Part shown: positions 49,714-62,058 of the stretch, in pieces | How the letters are laid out: each line of letters starts with the position of its first letter | Numbering within the stretch: the stretch's first letter is position 1 | NCBI GenBank assembly: GCA_051362555.1 | Contig: CM120640.1 | Coordinates: forward strand, 62,784,788 to 62,848,787 | Direction: 5' to 3' | Origin: Lingula anatina | Lineage: Eukaryota > Animalia > Brachiopoda | DNA length: 64,000 nucleotides | Position numbers and translations under genes: made by a program | Notes under the pieces: model-generated | What the model was told of the DNA's origin: nothing | The model's database searches: none | What the model saw: only the letters and a program-made list of their open reading frames with translations

Positions 49714-51292
49714 TGGTACGTTTATGAAAAATGTCTCTCTCAAGCTCTTAATCTGTATTTTTTTCTTTTTCTTCCGTTTCTTTCTGATTTGAATAGGAGT
49801 GTAAGTTCCTTTTCTGATATTGAAATAAATCGATACTCACTTAAAACGAAAAGCAAAACCAGAGTCACACTGCCAGTCTTTTTTTTTTCAGACAATCTGC
49901 TACTCTGAATGACGGCCATCCAAAATTGTTGAACTAAGAACATTCTGCTGCGCCTCGTAAGTACCGGCACGTTCACCAAGGAAGCAGATCTACAGCCTCT
50001 CTGAGATTTGCTGATGCTCTACGTGCTAGCCTACTAAAGATCAATGGATGCTGCCGAAATTTTATCAATAGATAACATAACATAACACATCCTCTAATCA
50101 ATGCGGCTGTTCTTTTGTGAATTTTACTAGTCTTTGATGAGCTATTAAAAATTCTTTGCTTGTGAACAGTTATTGTTGTTGTTACATGTACATGTACCTA
50201 CTGTACGAGTAAATGTAATAAGAAAGTATTTTGATTTGGGGATCCTCATCCATACCACAACATCTAATTCTACTCGGTGACATTAAACATAAATATTATA
50301 CAGGTTTATTCCCCCTTTTTTCTGTCTTTTTTTAAACAAATTGCATCTGAATGGCAGTTCTACTTATTTCCCAAACATGAATGAAAAATAGAAGTTATAT
50401 TCTTTCAAACAAGAGTCAGCTTCTTTTTAGTACAAATTAAATACATTTTTGCGTAAAGATTACTATAGAATATTTACACAGATAACTTTTAATAAACGGA
50501 TCTGTATAGGCTACATCCGCACAGAACAGGTCTTCTAACCACTTCCTCCTGAGAACTTGCTCAAACTTATTCAGGCATATAGGCCTACCTGGGCTTAAAA
50601 AATCTCTGAACGTTTATCGTGTGACTAAAAAGTGCGGATGACAGTAAATCCTGAAGAATCTCAAGACCCATTTCCAGAACTGAACTCAAACATGACCATG
50701 AGTTAAAACATTACCATGAATTAACACATGAAGATATAATCTCTTTAATCTGTAACCTTGCTACTTATCCGACTTTCTAACATTCTTTTGCAAAAGGAGA
50801 CAGAAATCATGACATCAAAGTCAAGGTCGGGTAGAATTTTAGGCACAGCAGGTGTTTACGAAATGTCACACAATTTCAGGTAGGTAATTGGCTTTATTAG
50901 TTATTCATAGTTCTGAAAATTGTGGCGTTGTTTCAGTAGACAGTGGAATATGTGACTAGAGATGCATTTGTCGCAATGTAGAAACGTTTGCTTTAACTCA
51001 GCTTAATTTTCTCTGAAATCTTCAGTGAAAATCCAAGTCGATCTGTACTGTACTGTATTTGCGTGCCTCGATTTTTCCATTATCATACCATCATACTCAA
51101 ACTGTTTTCTCTTTGTTTTTGTTAAAAAATGAACTGTTATAATAGTGAGTTTCTCCCTTTTAGTTGAATTAATTGAAGCATGGCAACACAATGATAATAA
51201 ATTAATAGAGATAAACCAGTAGGGACATTTCATCAGTGGTGTAGACGTAAATCCAGTTACGTACAGAGCACTGGCCTCCACTGCAGTTAGTA

Positions 51293-54200
51293 ATGTCCAA
51301 GCTAACAGCCCCACAGTTCCCAGCTCCTTTCTCTGCCCAGAGAGCTGGAGTGAGTGGAGCAGCAGGCAGACACAAAGTGGCCTTGAAGCCCGGCCGGTCA
51401 CTGATGGACTGGGTCAGGCTGACCAAAAGTGGGAAGGATTTAACTGGGACTGGTGGAAGGTCATTTGATGTAACAACAGAAGAACTTGCCAAACACAACA
51501 CTGTTAACAATTGTTGGATGGCTGTGCGAGGTATGGTGGGTGTGATTTATCAGATTTTTTTAATGCATGCGAATAAATTTGAATTTTGATTTATGATAGC
51601 ATGTTATTCGTTGATTCTTACTCATTTTCTCCAGTTTGTCTGCAAATTGGCCCAAAATTTAAGATGGCTGACAGTGATTGCGAAAGCCGTCGGACCACGG
51701 CCATATGCCGGCAAAAGTTCTGTGGGCTGGAAAACCCTTTTAACTCATCGGCCCACATGTCCGACGGACTAAAGTCAGTTTCTTTAACAGACACCTCGCC
51801 TCATATTTGAATATATCGTAAAGCTACGCACTATTCGCAAGTAAAACTTTAACTTGCGCCATACTGGCGCGTTTTGTAATAAAGGTCTACGTACATTATG
51901 ATGTCGCTTGAAGTGTGCGTAGCGATGGTGTGAGGGCTGACATGTGACCTGTTTCACAAAAAAATGTATCGAAACTGAAACAACTACAGGTCAATGAAAA
52001 ACGTACTGCTCAAGACTCTGAAAAAAGGCTGCTCAAACTGCTTACGACTGGCCACGCGCGGACCTCTGAGAACACCTAACTACACGTGCTGGGTAAACAA
52101 GTATGGCTTCCGTCGGACTGCATGTTGAGTAAACGATAAGTGAAAAGGAGAAATATTCATTTGCTTTTTAGATGGGTGCTCTTAACTAATTTTAACGGAT
52201 ATTTTAAGTCATATTGCGCCTTTAGCGGTGCTATATGTCAAAATGAGGGACAACATCATTTTCCATGCGGAAAATCCGCAATGGCACAGTCAGGGTGCAA
52301 AACTGTCCATTACAGTATATTCATCTAAACTTTAGTCTTAGATATTGAATAAAAATTCTTTTCAGACTCTGGCCCGTAGCCAGGGATGGTTCAGGGGTTT
52401 CGAAAGAACTGCCTCTTATGCTGACAAAAGGTCCACTCTTGGTAAAATTTGATCTAGGTACATGGCGTTTTTATGGAAAAAGACCCTCCCCCCCCTTTTA
52501 AAATTGCTGGCTACGGGCCTGCTATGAGAGCAATAGCTTTATTTCACAATAAAAATGGGATTTGTCTACCTTTTCCATGTTACATTGTAGTGCAATTATT
52601 TGGCATAGTGCAATTATCAATTCTGAAGATTTTTCCATTTAGTACTGTACAATTTTTCAGACAGTATGTTTATTTTGGAAGATTTTTCCACACACTACAA
52701 TTATTTAGGACTTCAGATGTAGCATTAAGCCTTTTTTCATTGATTTTAATCATATAAAAAAATATTGAAATACAATGAATTTTTCTTTAAATAATTCACG
52801 GCACACATTTTTAAAAAATGGCACACTTTTTTTGACCAAGTGGGCCAAAATGGCCCGACCAGATTTTGACCCAGGACAATCCCTGCTAACAGACAAGCAT
52901 TTTTCCAAGAGTGAAAATCTAAAAAACGTTACAAAAGTTGGAAGCTCCACTTCACTATGACTTATGTTTTAATTTAAGTCAAAAATTGGAATAAAATTTA
53001 CAAAGGATACATGATCTTGTGTTAAAAGATTAGAAATTAAGATAGGCAACCCAGATGTAAAAAGGATAAAACTTAAATGCCAGAAAGCAACCAAAATGAA
53101 AGACGTTTAAACTTAAACCTTTAAACATCCTATTACATCTGGCCTGAAAATTAAAAAGCAACGATTTAAAATGCCAGACAATAATATTCATCAAAAATGA
53201 AGTGAAAATATACAGCTTGATTATTTTGTTGTGGGCCGGTAAAAAAAGGTGTGGGCTGACAAAATTTAATTTGCTCCAGCCCACATGTCTGGTAAGTTTT
53301 CAATCTCTTTCGCAATCACTGGGCTGATGTTAAATATATCAGGGTACTTTTAGACATTTGTTCACATATATTGAGAAGTTAACATAAGGTTTAATTTTTC
53401 TTTCAAGGTAAAGTGTATAACATCACCCCTTACTTTGAATATCACCCAGGAGGTGTGGATGAACTGATGAAAGGAGCTGGCAAAGATGGGACACAATTGT
53501 TTGATGAGGTAAGTATAGCATGCAGTAGTATGTTTCAGTTTTCAGAATGAGAATTGTAAATGAGACAGGGTAAATGACAGTTTGTGTATATTTCTTAATT
53601 TGATATATATAAATTGTTTTAGCTGTTTTTATCAGCATGCAGTATACATTCAAGAATAGAAGTTGGTCACTTTACGAGTAGTAGAAATCCATGTTTTGTC
53701 AAATTTCAACTTGAAACGTATCTGTAATCTTTTAAGTCTTGAAAATTCACCTCTTAGTCTTTATCATTTATATATTTAAGGTCCACAAATGGGTAAACAT
53801 TGAGTCTATGTTAGAGTCTTGCTACATTGGAAAATTAAAAGCAACTCCAGTGCCAGTTGAAAAATCAGGTAACTGTGTACTCATATATCATTAAAAAGAA
53901 ATATAGTGAACAAAAAGTCCCATATTGTGTTTATTATTTAATGTGAATATGTATAGCTCTTTCAGGCATGGGAATGAAGATAGACTTAACTAGTGTTAAT
54001 TAATATTATATCTTTCAGGTTCCCCTCTTGTTAAGAAACTCTACAGTAGTCTTCTCAGTGCCAAAGGTAATTATTTTCATTATTGAGGAAGTTTCCTTTT
54101 AATTTCCAATTGGGTGAGGAAGATCTTTGAACATGTGAAAATGCTACATTATTTGAATAACAACATTATTTGAAAACTTGTGTTAAAGACTGCCAACTTC

Positions 54201-57200
54201 ATGCATGGTATATTCATACCAGACTTAAACTTTATTTTCTTAGGACACATGCCTCCCCCTGCCCCTCCACCCATTCATATACCGGAGGAAAAACCTTCTC
54301 CAAGGTAAGAAAAATGATTCTGATACTACTGAAATGAAACAATTTTGCATGTGTGAAAAGCTGTTACTAATACTAACTTTTTCTCTATCTCAAAATTTGG
54401 ATAAGATATGTGTATCACTATGTCATTTGTTCTTTTAGACTACATTTGCACTTTTGAGATAAAGAGTTTTGTTAGTTGAGAACTACAGTTTCCCATTAAT
54501 GACTGCATTAAATTGTAAGATATGTCATTGTGTATAATTATGTGCCCCCAGTAATGTGCCTTCTCTGAAACATTGCGCTAGAGAAGATAATTATCTTGAT
54601 AGCACCCACTGTAGCAATGCTCTGCTGTGGCATTTGTGGAAATGTAGGCCTCAAAATGTTGCATTTAATTATTTAAAGAACGAAAATCAGTATCTTGATG
54701 AACACAGAAACTTGTAATGCAGACTGTTTTTGTAAATGGATATATGTCACACATAATATGAAAACCTAAGATAAATGAGAATGTTTTTTTTTTTTTTTTT
54801 TTTTTGAAAACTGGCTGCTTGCATTATCTGGTATTAAGAGCAAATTGAACATTCTGAAACAATCTTATTTTTGTTATTGATTCACTGTGAAGTTTGTTCA
54901 TATTTTAAAGCAGATTCAAAGTCAGTCTGTTTTCTGATTGCATAGAAACCTCTCTGTCTGCATGACATTTAATTACCTTTGACTTGCCATATTGTGATGT
55001 TACAGATTGACTTGATCTAAAGTGTTACATTGCTGTCTGCCACTTAACAACTATAAAATTACAAATAAGACTGGTTCTTGCATACAATGTTTCTAACTTA
55101 ACCATATTGTCATGTTACAGGTTGGACTGGTTCCAAAATGACAGCAGTGTTACCCTGACTATATATACCAGGTGGAATGACATCCTCAGAGAACATGTCA
55201 TCATTGACAAGAAGGGACAAAAGCTGCAGGCAGCTGTTGTGGTCAAAGACATGACTTACATGGTGCATCTTGGTAGGTGGCAATGGGGAACTAGACGGAA
55301 GCCTTTCCTCTGACTTTATTCTGCTATATCAGTGATGAATTCCTCCAAATGCACCTTGAAATGTTTTTCATTTTATGTACTCAAAGAAAATTATCATTGG
55401 GTAAAAAAGTTGATATGCTCTCTTGGACTTAGCTTGAATTTTACCTTCCTATAGACTAGTTTTTCAGTTAAAATGAAAGATACAGAGATCTTCTACTTGC
55501 CATCTCATAGGAAGACTTTGGAAAAAATTGGCAGGCATCTTTTCACTCACTCAAGTCAATTTACCTGAGACCTGGCAAATTTTCCTTGCAGGGAAGGAAC
55601 ATTTATGTAACCCCTGATGAATTGTACTTGGCTTTCACACATTATTTTAAAACATATTTTTGTGTATGATTGAATTTCTGTCCTCCCTTATTTCTTCTTT
55701 TAAATCCATTATGTATTTTGTATGTAAATTATTATGTAACCATGTAAATTTTCCCTTTTTACTTTTTCATGGTTTCATAGATTTGGCAAATGAAGTACAT
55801 GAAAAATGTGGAGGTGAGTTGTCAGTTGTTGTTTCCTATTCTATATTCTGTGCCGGTTAAGCAAATAATATATATGAACTGATACAAGACTTGCTGTTGC
55901 ATTTCTCATCTTACTTTTCAGCTGAGACATGAACAATTTCTCTATTTCTCTGATCTATTAAGGAAATGAGTTTTACATAGATTTTGCATGTTCAAAGGCA
56001 AGTTAATCTTGTTTGACATTTTCAGTCTCTATGATTTAAATGTCATTTGTCAAGGGGCATGCTATATTTTATTTTATGAAATGTGTGATTTTCCCCTGTT
56101 TACCATAGTTACAAGTTATATTGGTAGATATTTACATTTTGTTTTTCACTTTTTCTTATTGAAAATGGATAGCTGTAATGTTGCAAAGGGCACTTCGCCA
56201 TCACCTTTATTGAATAAGCCAATATATCACTTTGCAATAAAACAGAAATTACCATCAGTTCTTTCTTTCACTTCCAGTGCGAGTTTCTAAAGGGACAGGA
56301 AAATTAGAGATAATTCTCCGTAAGGTGGTTGAGGGCAGACGCTGGCTGGCCCTTGGGGATCCATTAGAAGGTCATAATACATACGAAGAAACAGGAAACA
56401 AAGGTTAGTGTAATGTGCCTGGCAAGTGCTTGATAATACCATTATTCAGATGATCTACTAGCAATCTGAAGAACTGAAACCAATTATACACTGGGACCCA
56501 TACTGTGAAATCTCAACAGGTATATTGGTAAACAGGTGAAAAATAAACATAATAAATGATGATTTTGACTGTATTATTAACCGCATTAAAGATTAGATGA
56601 AGGGAAGAGATGTTTAGAATTCTTGAAAGAATTATATGTTTAAAATCATGCAGAATAGGATGATAAACATATGCATTACAGCATATTTATAAATGTCCAC
56701 ACAAAATGTGACAGCTGAATAGTTTGAGAAATCATTTTGTTTCTCTTATTTTGCCAAATATTATGGAGAATATTTGTATTACTATCAATAATTAAAATAT
56801 TAATTTTTATAACATATAATGACTATTACTCTTTCAAATTCCAAATTCAAAGTTATGCTGTAGATATATACATTTTTAGGATAACAGAAGCTTAAGCCAA
56901 GTGAATGATGACTTACATTTTTTCTATTACTATGTGTAAAAAAAGTGAAACTTGTAAATTATTTACAATTTTGTCATGAATGAAACATGCCTCTGAAACT
57001 TGAGCTTGAATAACAGACAGTTAAGAAAAATAGCATGAACCGCCTTTTAAACCTCATTAAAAATGAAAAACAACAACAACTTAATACTGGTGTTGCTGTA
57101 AAAAAAAAATAAAAAAAAACAATTTCCATAAGTAAGGGTTGTACAGTAAAAGTAAATTTTATTTATTATTTGAAATTCCATTATTTGAAATAAATAAAAC

Positions 57201-60200
57201 AAGACTTAAGCTTGAGTAAGGGGGAAATATAAGACAAAAAACATGAACTGTCTCTTAAACCTCATTACAAAAAAAAAAAAAAAAAAAAAAAATGAAGAAA
57301 AGAAAAACAGCTAAATACTGGTGTTGCTATGAAAAAAAAAACACATTTCCTTAATAAAGGGTTGTAGAGGTCAATGTAACCACACTTGGTATAATGGTTA
57401 TCAAGTTCCCAGCGGAGATTACATGGAAGTTCTTTATTGATCTAAATTGTCAATAATTAAAGCATTATTTACTAGTATTATGATTATGCTCACATTATTC
57501 TCATATTTTGCTTGTTGAATGGCACATCAGTGCCTCATAACTGTCAGCTATCACCTGCATTGGACTGGAATTCTACAAGGCTGCAAGTGCAAGAAAGGGT
57601 CGTGGAATAGATTGCATTACTTAATAAGTTGTGGTGCATTTATTTATAGCTTGTTATGAGATGACTATTGAAGTATGAACTGGAAATAGTAGCTGCATGA
57701 TGTGAAATATTACAAAATTAGTATAAAGGGTGCTGAAGATAGTAAATGATTAAAAGGTTTCAGTGGATGGTTATTCCAGAATTGTTTATAAATACTTCAC
57801 TGAAGAATGTGGCTTTCCTACATTTAGACTTTGGAATTTAATTAAAAGTGGTGGAACACAATAAACATTGTTCTCCCAAGACCTGCAGTCCTTAGCTCAC
57901 CAGGACAATGTCAGTATGGGCTATAGTCATGGCCAAGTTATTGGTGTAGCATCAGCGATGGTAATGACATAGATATGTATTTACTATGAGAAGGTTATGG
58001 TTTTTTCCAGTTTATTTACAGTTTATTTCCAATTTTATGCTAATTAGAAAGTGTTTCTGTGGTAACATACATAGCACTAACTATAATGTGCAATGCAATT
58101 TTATACCACGTTCCTGTAAAATGTTGAAATTGACTTCGTACTTGGCTTCTCTTGTTTGATTTATTTGGTAAAGTATTTTGCTTTTTGCATATTATGAAAG
58201 ATAAAAACAATAATTAGTTGCACACACTTTGGTAACTCCAGTAAATCAATTTTGGTTATCTAATCAGTTTAAGATGTTTTGAGATAATGTCCAGGATCTA
58301 TCCTGGCTGTCTTTAAGTATGGGTGATTTTTCTCACATAAAAATAATTTTTTCATTGGTTTAAATTAAAACTCAAATAATACCTCAAATATGCTTGTCTA
58401 AACCTCATATAAAGGACGATACAGATGGGATCATTTGAGGGGGGGGGCTTGATAATTAATTTATTTTTTCAGGTTTTCATGTCTAAAATGTAGTGAAGAA
58501 CAACCATACATCTTCTTAAACATGTTGAGTGCACAGGCTTAAGCACCCTTCAGAATTTTATACTTTTCAGCAAGCTATATTGTACCCAGACAGTTCTTTG
58601 TGAAACAGAATTCAGCAGTACAGTCTGGTTTATAATCATAATGTTTTTTAGAATGTTGCTTTTACTAAACAAAAGCCATGGTTTAAATTTTGCAGAAGGC
58701 TAAGAGCCATAAAATTTATTTTCCAGTTTGATTAATTCCATGACATCTTGGTCTTTGAAAAAGATAAGTATACAAGGTTATAATTTGCATGAAAAACAAT
58801 ATATAAAGTAGATGGACCTATGTATAATGTTATACTTTCAGAGGCTGTGTTTCGAGAATGCAAAGTATTGTCCATAGAACCAGTCAGTCATGATACCCAC
58901 TTGTACTGTGTTCAGCTTCCAGAGGGATGCAGAATGAGTGTTCCCATAGGTCATCATGTACATATTAAAGCTAATATAGAAGGTGAGGTATTGAGCATAG
59001 GTACCCGGTGAGATTTATGAATTCTGCACATTTTTTTCATCTTGTGCACAACTGAGGATCGGTTTTATCTAACTCTGTAGGTGTTTGTTGATGTCTGTGG
59101 TAAAATTTGATTTCTAAATTATTGACATGGTGGGGGAATGTTTGTCTCCAGTTAAGACTTTTATCATATAAATGAATTGACCTACTTCATTTAGCATCTC
59201 TTTGTTAAAGTGATTTGATTATTATTATTTATGTGAAGTTTTTATTGACTGATATATCAGCATGAATAAAAGTGACATCATGTGTGTTTGGGTCCAGAAA
59301 ACACATTAAAATGCAATATTTGAATAACTAGAGCAGGCAAAGAGAATTTTTATATCAGTGAGATGTGTGTAAGTTAAAGGCCACACAACGAGTGCAAGAC
59401 TACTAGACATTTATACATAAAAATTAAGTTTTCCTGTAAATTTTTACACTTGGTCTCTTAATCACTAGTGTGTAGCATATCCAGAACCATTCTCAGAATT
59501 ATGATCTATAAACCCGTTTCTGAGTACTTAGTTTTAAGTAACCCTTTTAATGGAAAAAGGATTATGGATTTCACTGGTTATGGTAAAAGGCTGTAAGTTT
59601 ATGCCTGTTTTGCATGCACTTTTATCTTACTTACATTCAGCCCATCTGTCTGACTCTCTGTCTGTGTATATATATTTGTGTGTTGCTTTGTTGAAGGCAT
59701 GTCCATAGTCAGAAGCTACACCCCAGTGACAGCCTCATTGCAGTATAAAGTGCCTCCACAGTTAGAAGACATACAGGATGAAATAATTTACTTAATGATA
59801 AAGATTTATCCAGGTGGAGCTTTGACACCAGCCATTGACAGATTGGTAGAAGGTGAGTGTAACCCATGTGTTGGAAAGTGGAAACAAAATGCATGATTGT
59901 CAGTCATGGGGAAAATACTTGTTTTAATTTTGATAACCCCAGGTTTGATTAGCTACATCCTAATGACACAGCATATTTTATTTGATTATTTCAGTAGTGA
60001 TGATGATTATTATTAATATAATCTTTTGGAAGTTAATTAAACAAAAATATTTTGTCAAATTTGCAGGGTCCAAAGTATTAGTTTCTAACTATGAAGGAAA
60101 CTATCAAGAATCTCACATGCGGGATTGCTCACACTTGATATTATTAGCAGCAGGGACAGGCTTCACACCCATGGTCAAGATAATTTATAAAAATTTAATA

Positions 60201-61613
60201 GAAGAGTGGGAAGGATCCAGGTTAGTGTTCACACATGCATTTGGAAGTGTTTTCCTTTTTCACATTTGACAAGTTCAGTCTGGGAATATGTAGAAAAAAT
60301 GTGCAGTTGAAAAATCAAAGTGGCCTCCAAATCCAATATGGCCACCTGAAAGATATGACTCCTTTTCCTTTATTTAGACAATCATTGTCAAATATTTTTC
60401 TTGTTGAATAGAACATCTGAAGAGTACAGATAAGTGTTACGAAGTGGTGTCTTATGGGTTTAGAAATTAACTGACATCAGTAGGCCTAGGCATTTTTCAT
60501 ATTTCAGAACTGATTTAGACAAAAATAGACTAAACTGCCCCTTTTGAAGTTACTATTTGACCAGATTTCTCATAGTGGCACTTGGTTTCAAAAGAGGTTC
60601 TTTCATATGATGAAATATTGATTACCAGATGATGCAGCTCATTTTCTTTCTTGTCTAAGTTAGTGTTGCAGTATAAAACCTGCCTTCCATTTTAAATGAC
60701 AAGTCATTTACATTTAATCTGTTATTATAGACCGGTTAGCTACACTTACCTGTCTATACAGTACTGTTGTTTAAAGATGAGTTCTTCTTTTTTACAGGCA
60801 AATAAAACTGGTGTTTTTCAATAAAACAGAAAAAGATATTTTATGGAGGAACCAGTTGGAACTACTAGCACAGGAAAACCCAAGGTTTGTTCAATTCCTG
60901 TTCCTGTTTTTATTTTCATTTTTTCTTTGAAAAAAAATTGATTGTGTAGTAGATTTTATTCTTTTGATACATGAAAAAAATTGAAAGTCCAGCTGCTTCA
61001 ATTTAATGCTCAGGGCTTTTGAATGAAAAGTTGTGATATTTCCACCTTAAACTCAAAAGAAGTAGTGTATTGTTGATAACTTTTTTAGCTGGGTGTTAAT
61101 CTTATTGTGATTTAGGCAAGATAATAATCTTTACTTTCTTTGCCAAAAATTACCAAGTTTGACAATGGTAAGTCAGTTTATGTAAGAAAAATAAATAAAA
61201 ATGCCTTTTTTGCCAGATTTGGGGTGTTCCACATTCTCTCAGAAGCAGACGACAATTGGGATGGACTAAGGGGGCGAATTAGAAAGGAGATCTTAGAAAG
61301 TTTTATTCCCCCTATTGGAGAAGGAAAGAAAGTGATGATCTGTGCTTGTGGCCCTTCACCCTTTACTGAAGAAGCAATAAGGTATGCTGATATCTTAATT
61401 GCCTGTACTTTTTACCCCAAGTTAATGTTTTTTTTGGTAGATTTGATAAGATTCAGGGTTGTAACATATCACCACACTGATAGTTTTGCTCTTAATTTCC
61501 TGTGTTTGAGTTATGATGGTAACTGTTATTAATTGCATCACTTTTTTTCCTCTATCAGATTGGTTCAAGAAATGGGATATTCCTTGAGCAGGATCCATCC
61601 ATTTATGGGTTAA
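51293..61613 (+). CDS. CYB5R4: Cytochrome b5 reductase 4 (NCB5OR; cyt b5 + CS + FAD/NAD reductase domains), 14 coding exons, ~534 aa
   Basis: Exons 51293-51530, 53408-53508, 53781-53868, 54019-54066, 54244-54304, 55121-55272, 55781-55813, 56278-56403, 58842-58982, 59697-59852, 60067-60220, 60798-60884, 61217-61381, 61559-61613; all GT-AG and in frame, 1605 nt. Motifs: [16 protein letters not shown], heme-binding EYHPGG, CS-domain [28 protein letters not shown] non-coding first exon probably ends at a donor near 50879-50883. Confidence 0.95.
51672..53321. mobile_element. Non-autonomous hAT-like DNA transposon, 1650 bp, 15-bp perfect TIRs and 6-bp TSD, in the intron after the first CYB5R4 coding exon
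   Basis: TIRs CAGTGATTGCGAAAG (51672-51686) and CTTTCGCAATCACTG (53307-53321); GGCTGA directly flanks both sides (51666-51671, 53322-53327); subterminal TGTGGGC motifs at both ends; no transposase ORF. Confidence 0.88.
52369..52521. mobile_element. Small MITE (153 bp) nested in the larger element
   Basis: CTGGCCCGTAGCCAG (52369-52383) versus CTGGCTACGGGCCTG (52507-52521) form an inverted pair with 1 mismatch; no TSD evident. Confidence 0.7.
57000..57380. repeat. Diverged ~210-240-bp tandem duplication in a CYB5R4 intron
   Basis: Shared blocks AGCTTGA.TAA, CATGAAC, TTAAACCTCATTA, AATACTGGTGTTGCT and AAGGGTTGTA occur twice in the same order; the second copy has an expanded poly-A. Confidence 0.8.
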
Positions 61614-62008
61614 TTGAAGAGACGGAGATTGAACAGGTCTCTGCTCACCTGCACAGTGCACATGTGAAACTGTCTTCGAATGGGCAATTTAAATTAAATG
61701 TGACTATTATTCTGTTAAATTCACACCGTTGAACGTTTGTAATCATTTCCCTTGTTTTCAACTGTGTATCATTCTTTAAGCACTGCAATGCAAGTCAACT
61801 ATCAGAGTTTTTTGTGTTATGAACTCGTAATCAGCTTTAAAATTTCAAGTAAACATGTGCTAAGTTATTTATAAATTGAAACATTAATTGCATTAGATGA
61901 GGCAATCAATTTCTTCTTTTATTGTCTAAAATAAAGAGACACCGCTTGATTCATACTAATTGTGCACAAACTTTGTTATGTATAATGTGTCATTATATTT
62001 ATATGTGT

Positions 62009-62058
62009 ACTAGTATTTAAATAAACAGGTCAGACTAGTATTTAAATGAACAGGTCAG
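62009..62058. repeat. 25-bp tandem duplication in the CYB5R4 3' region
   Basis: ACTAGTATTTAAAT[A/G]AACAGGTCAG x2. Confidence 0.9.
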
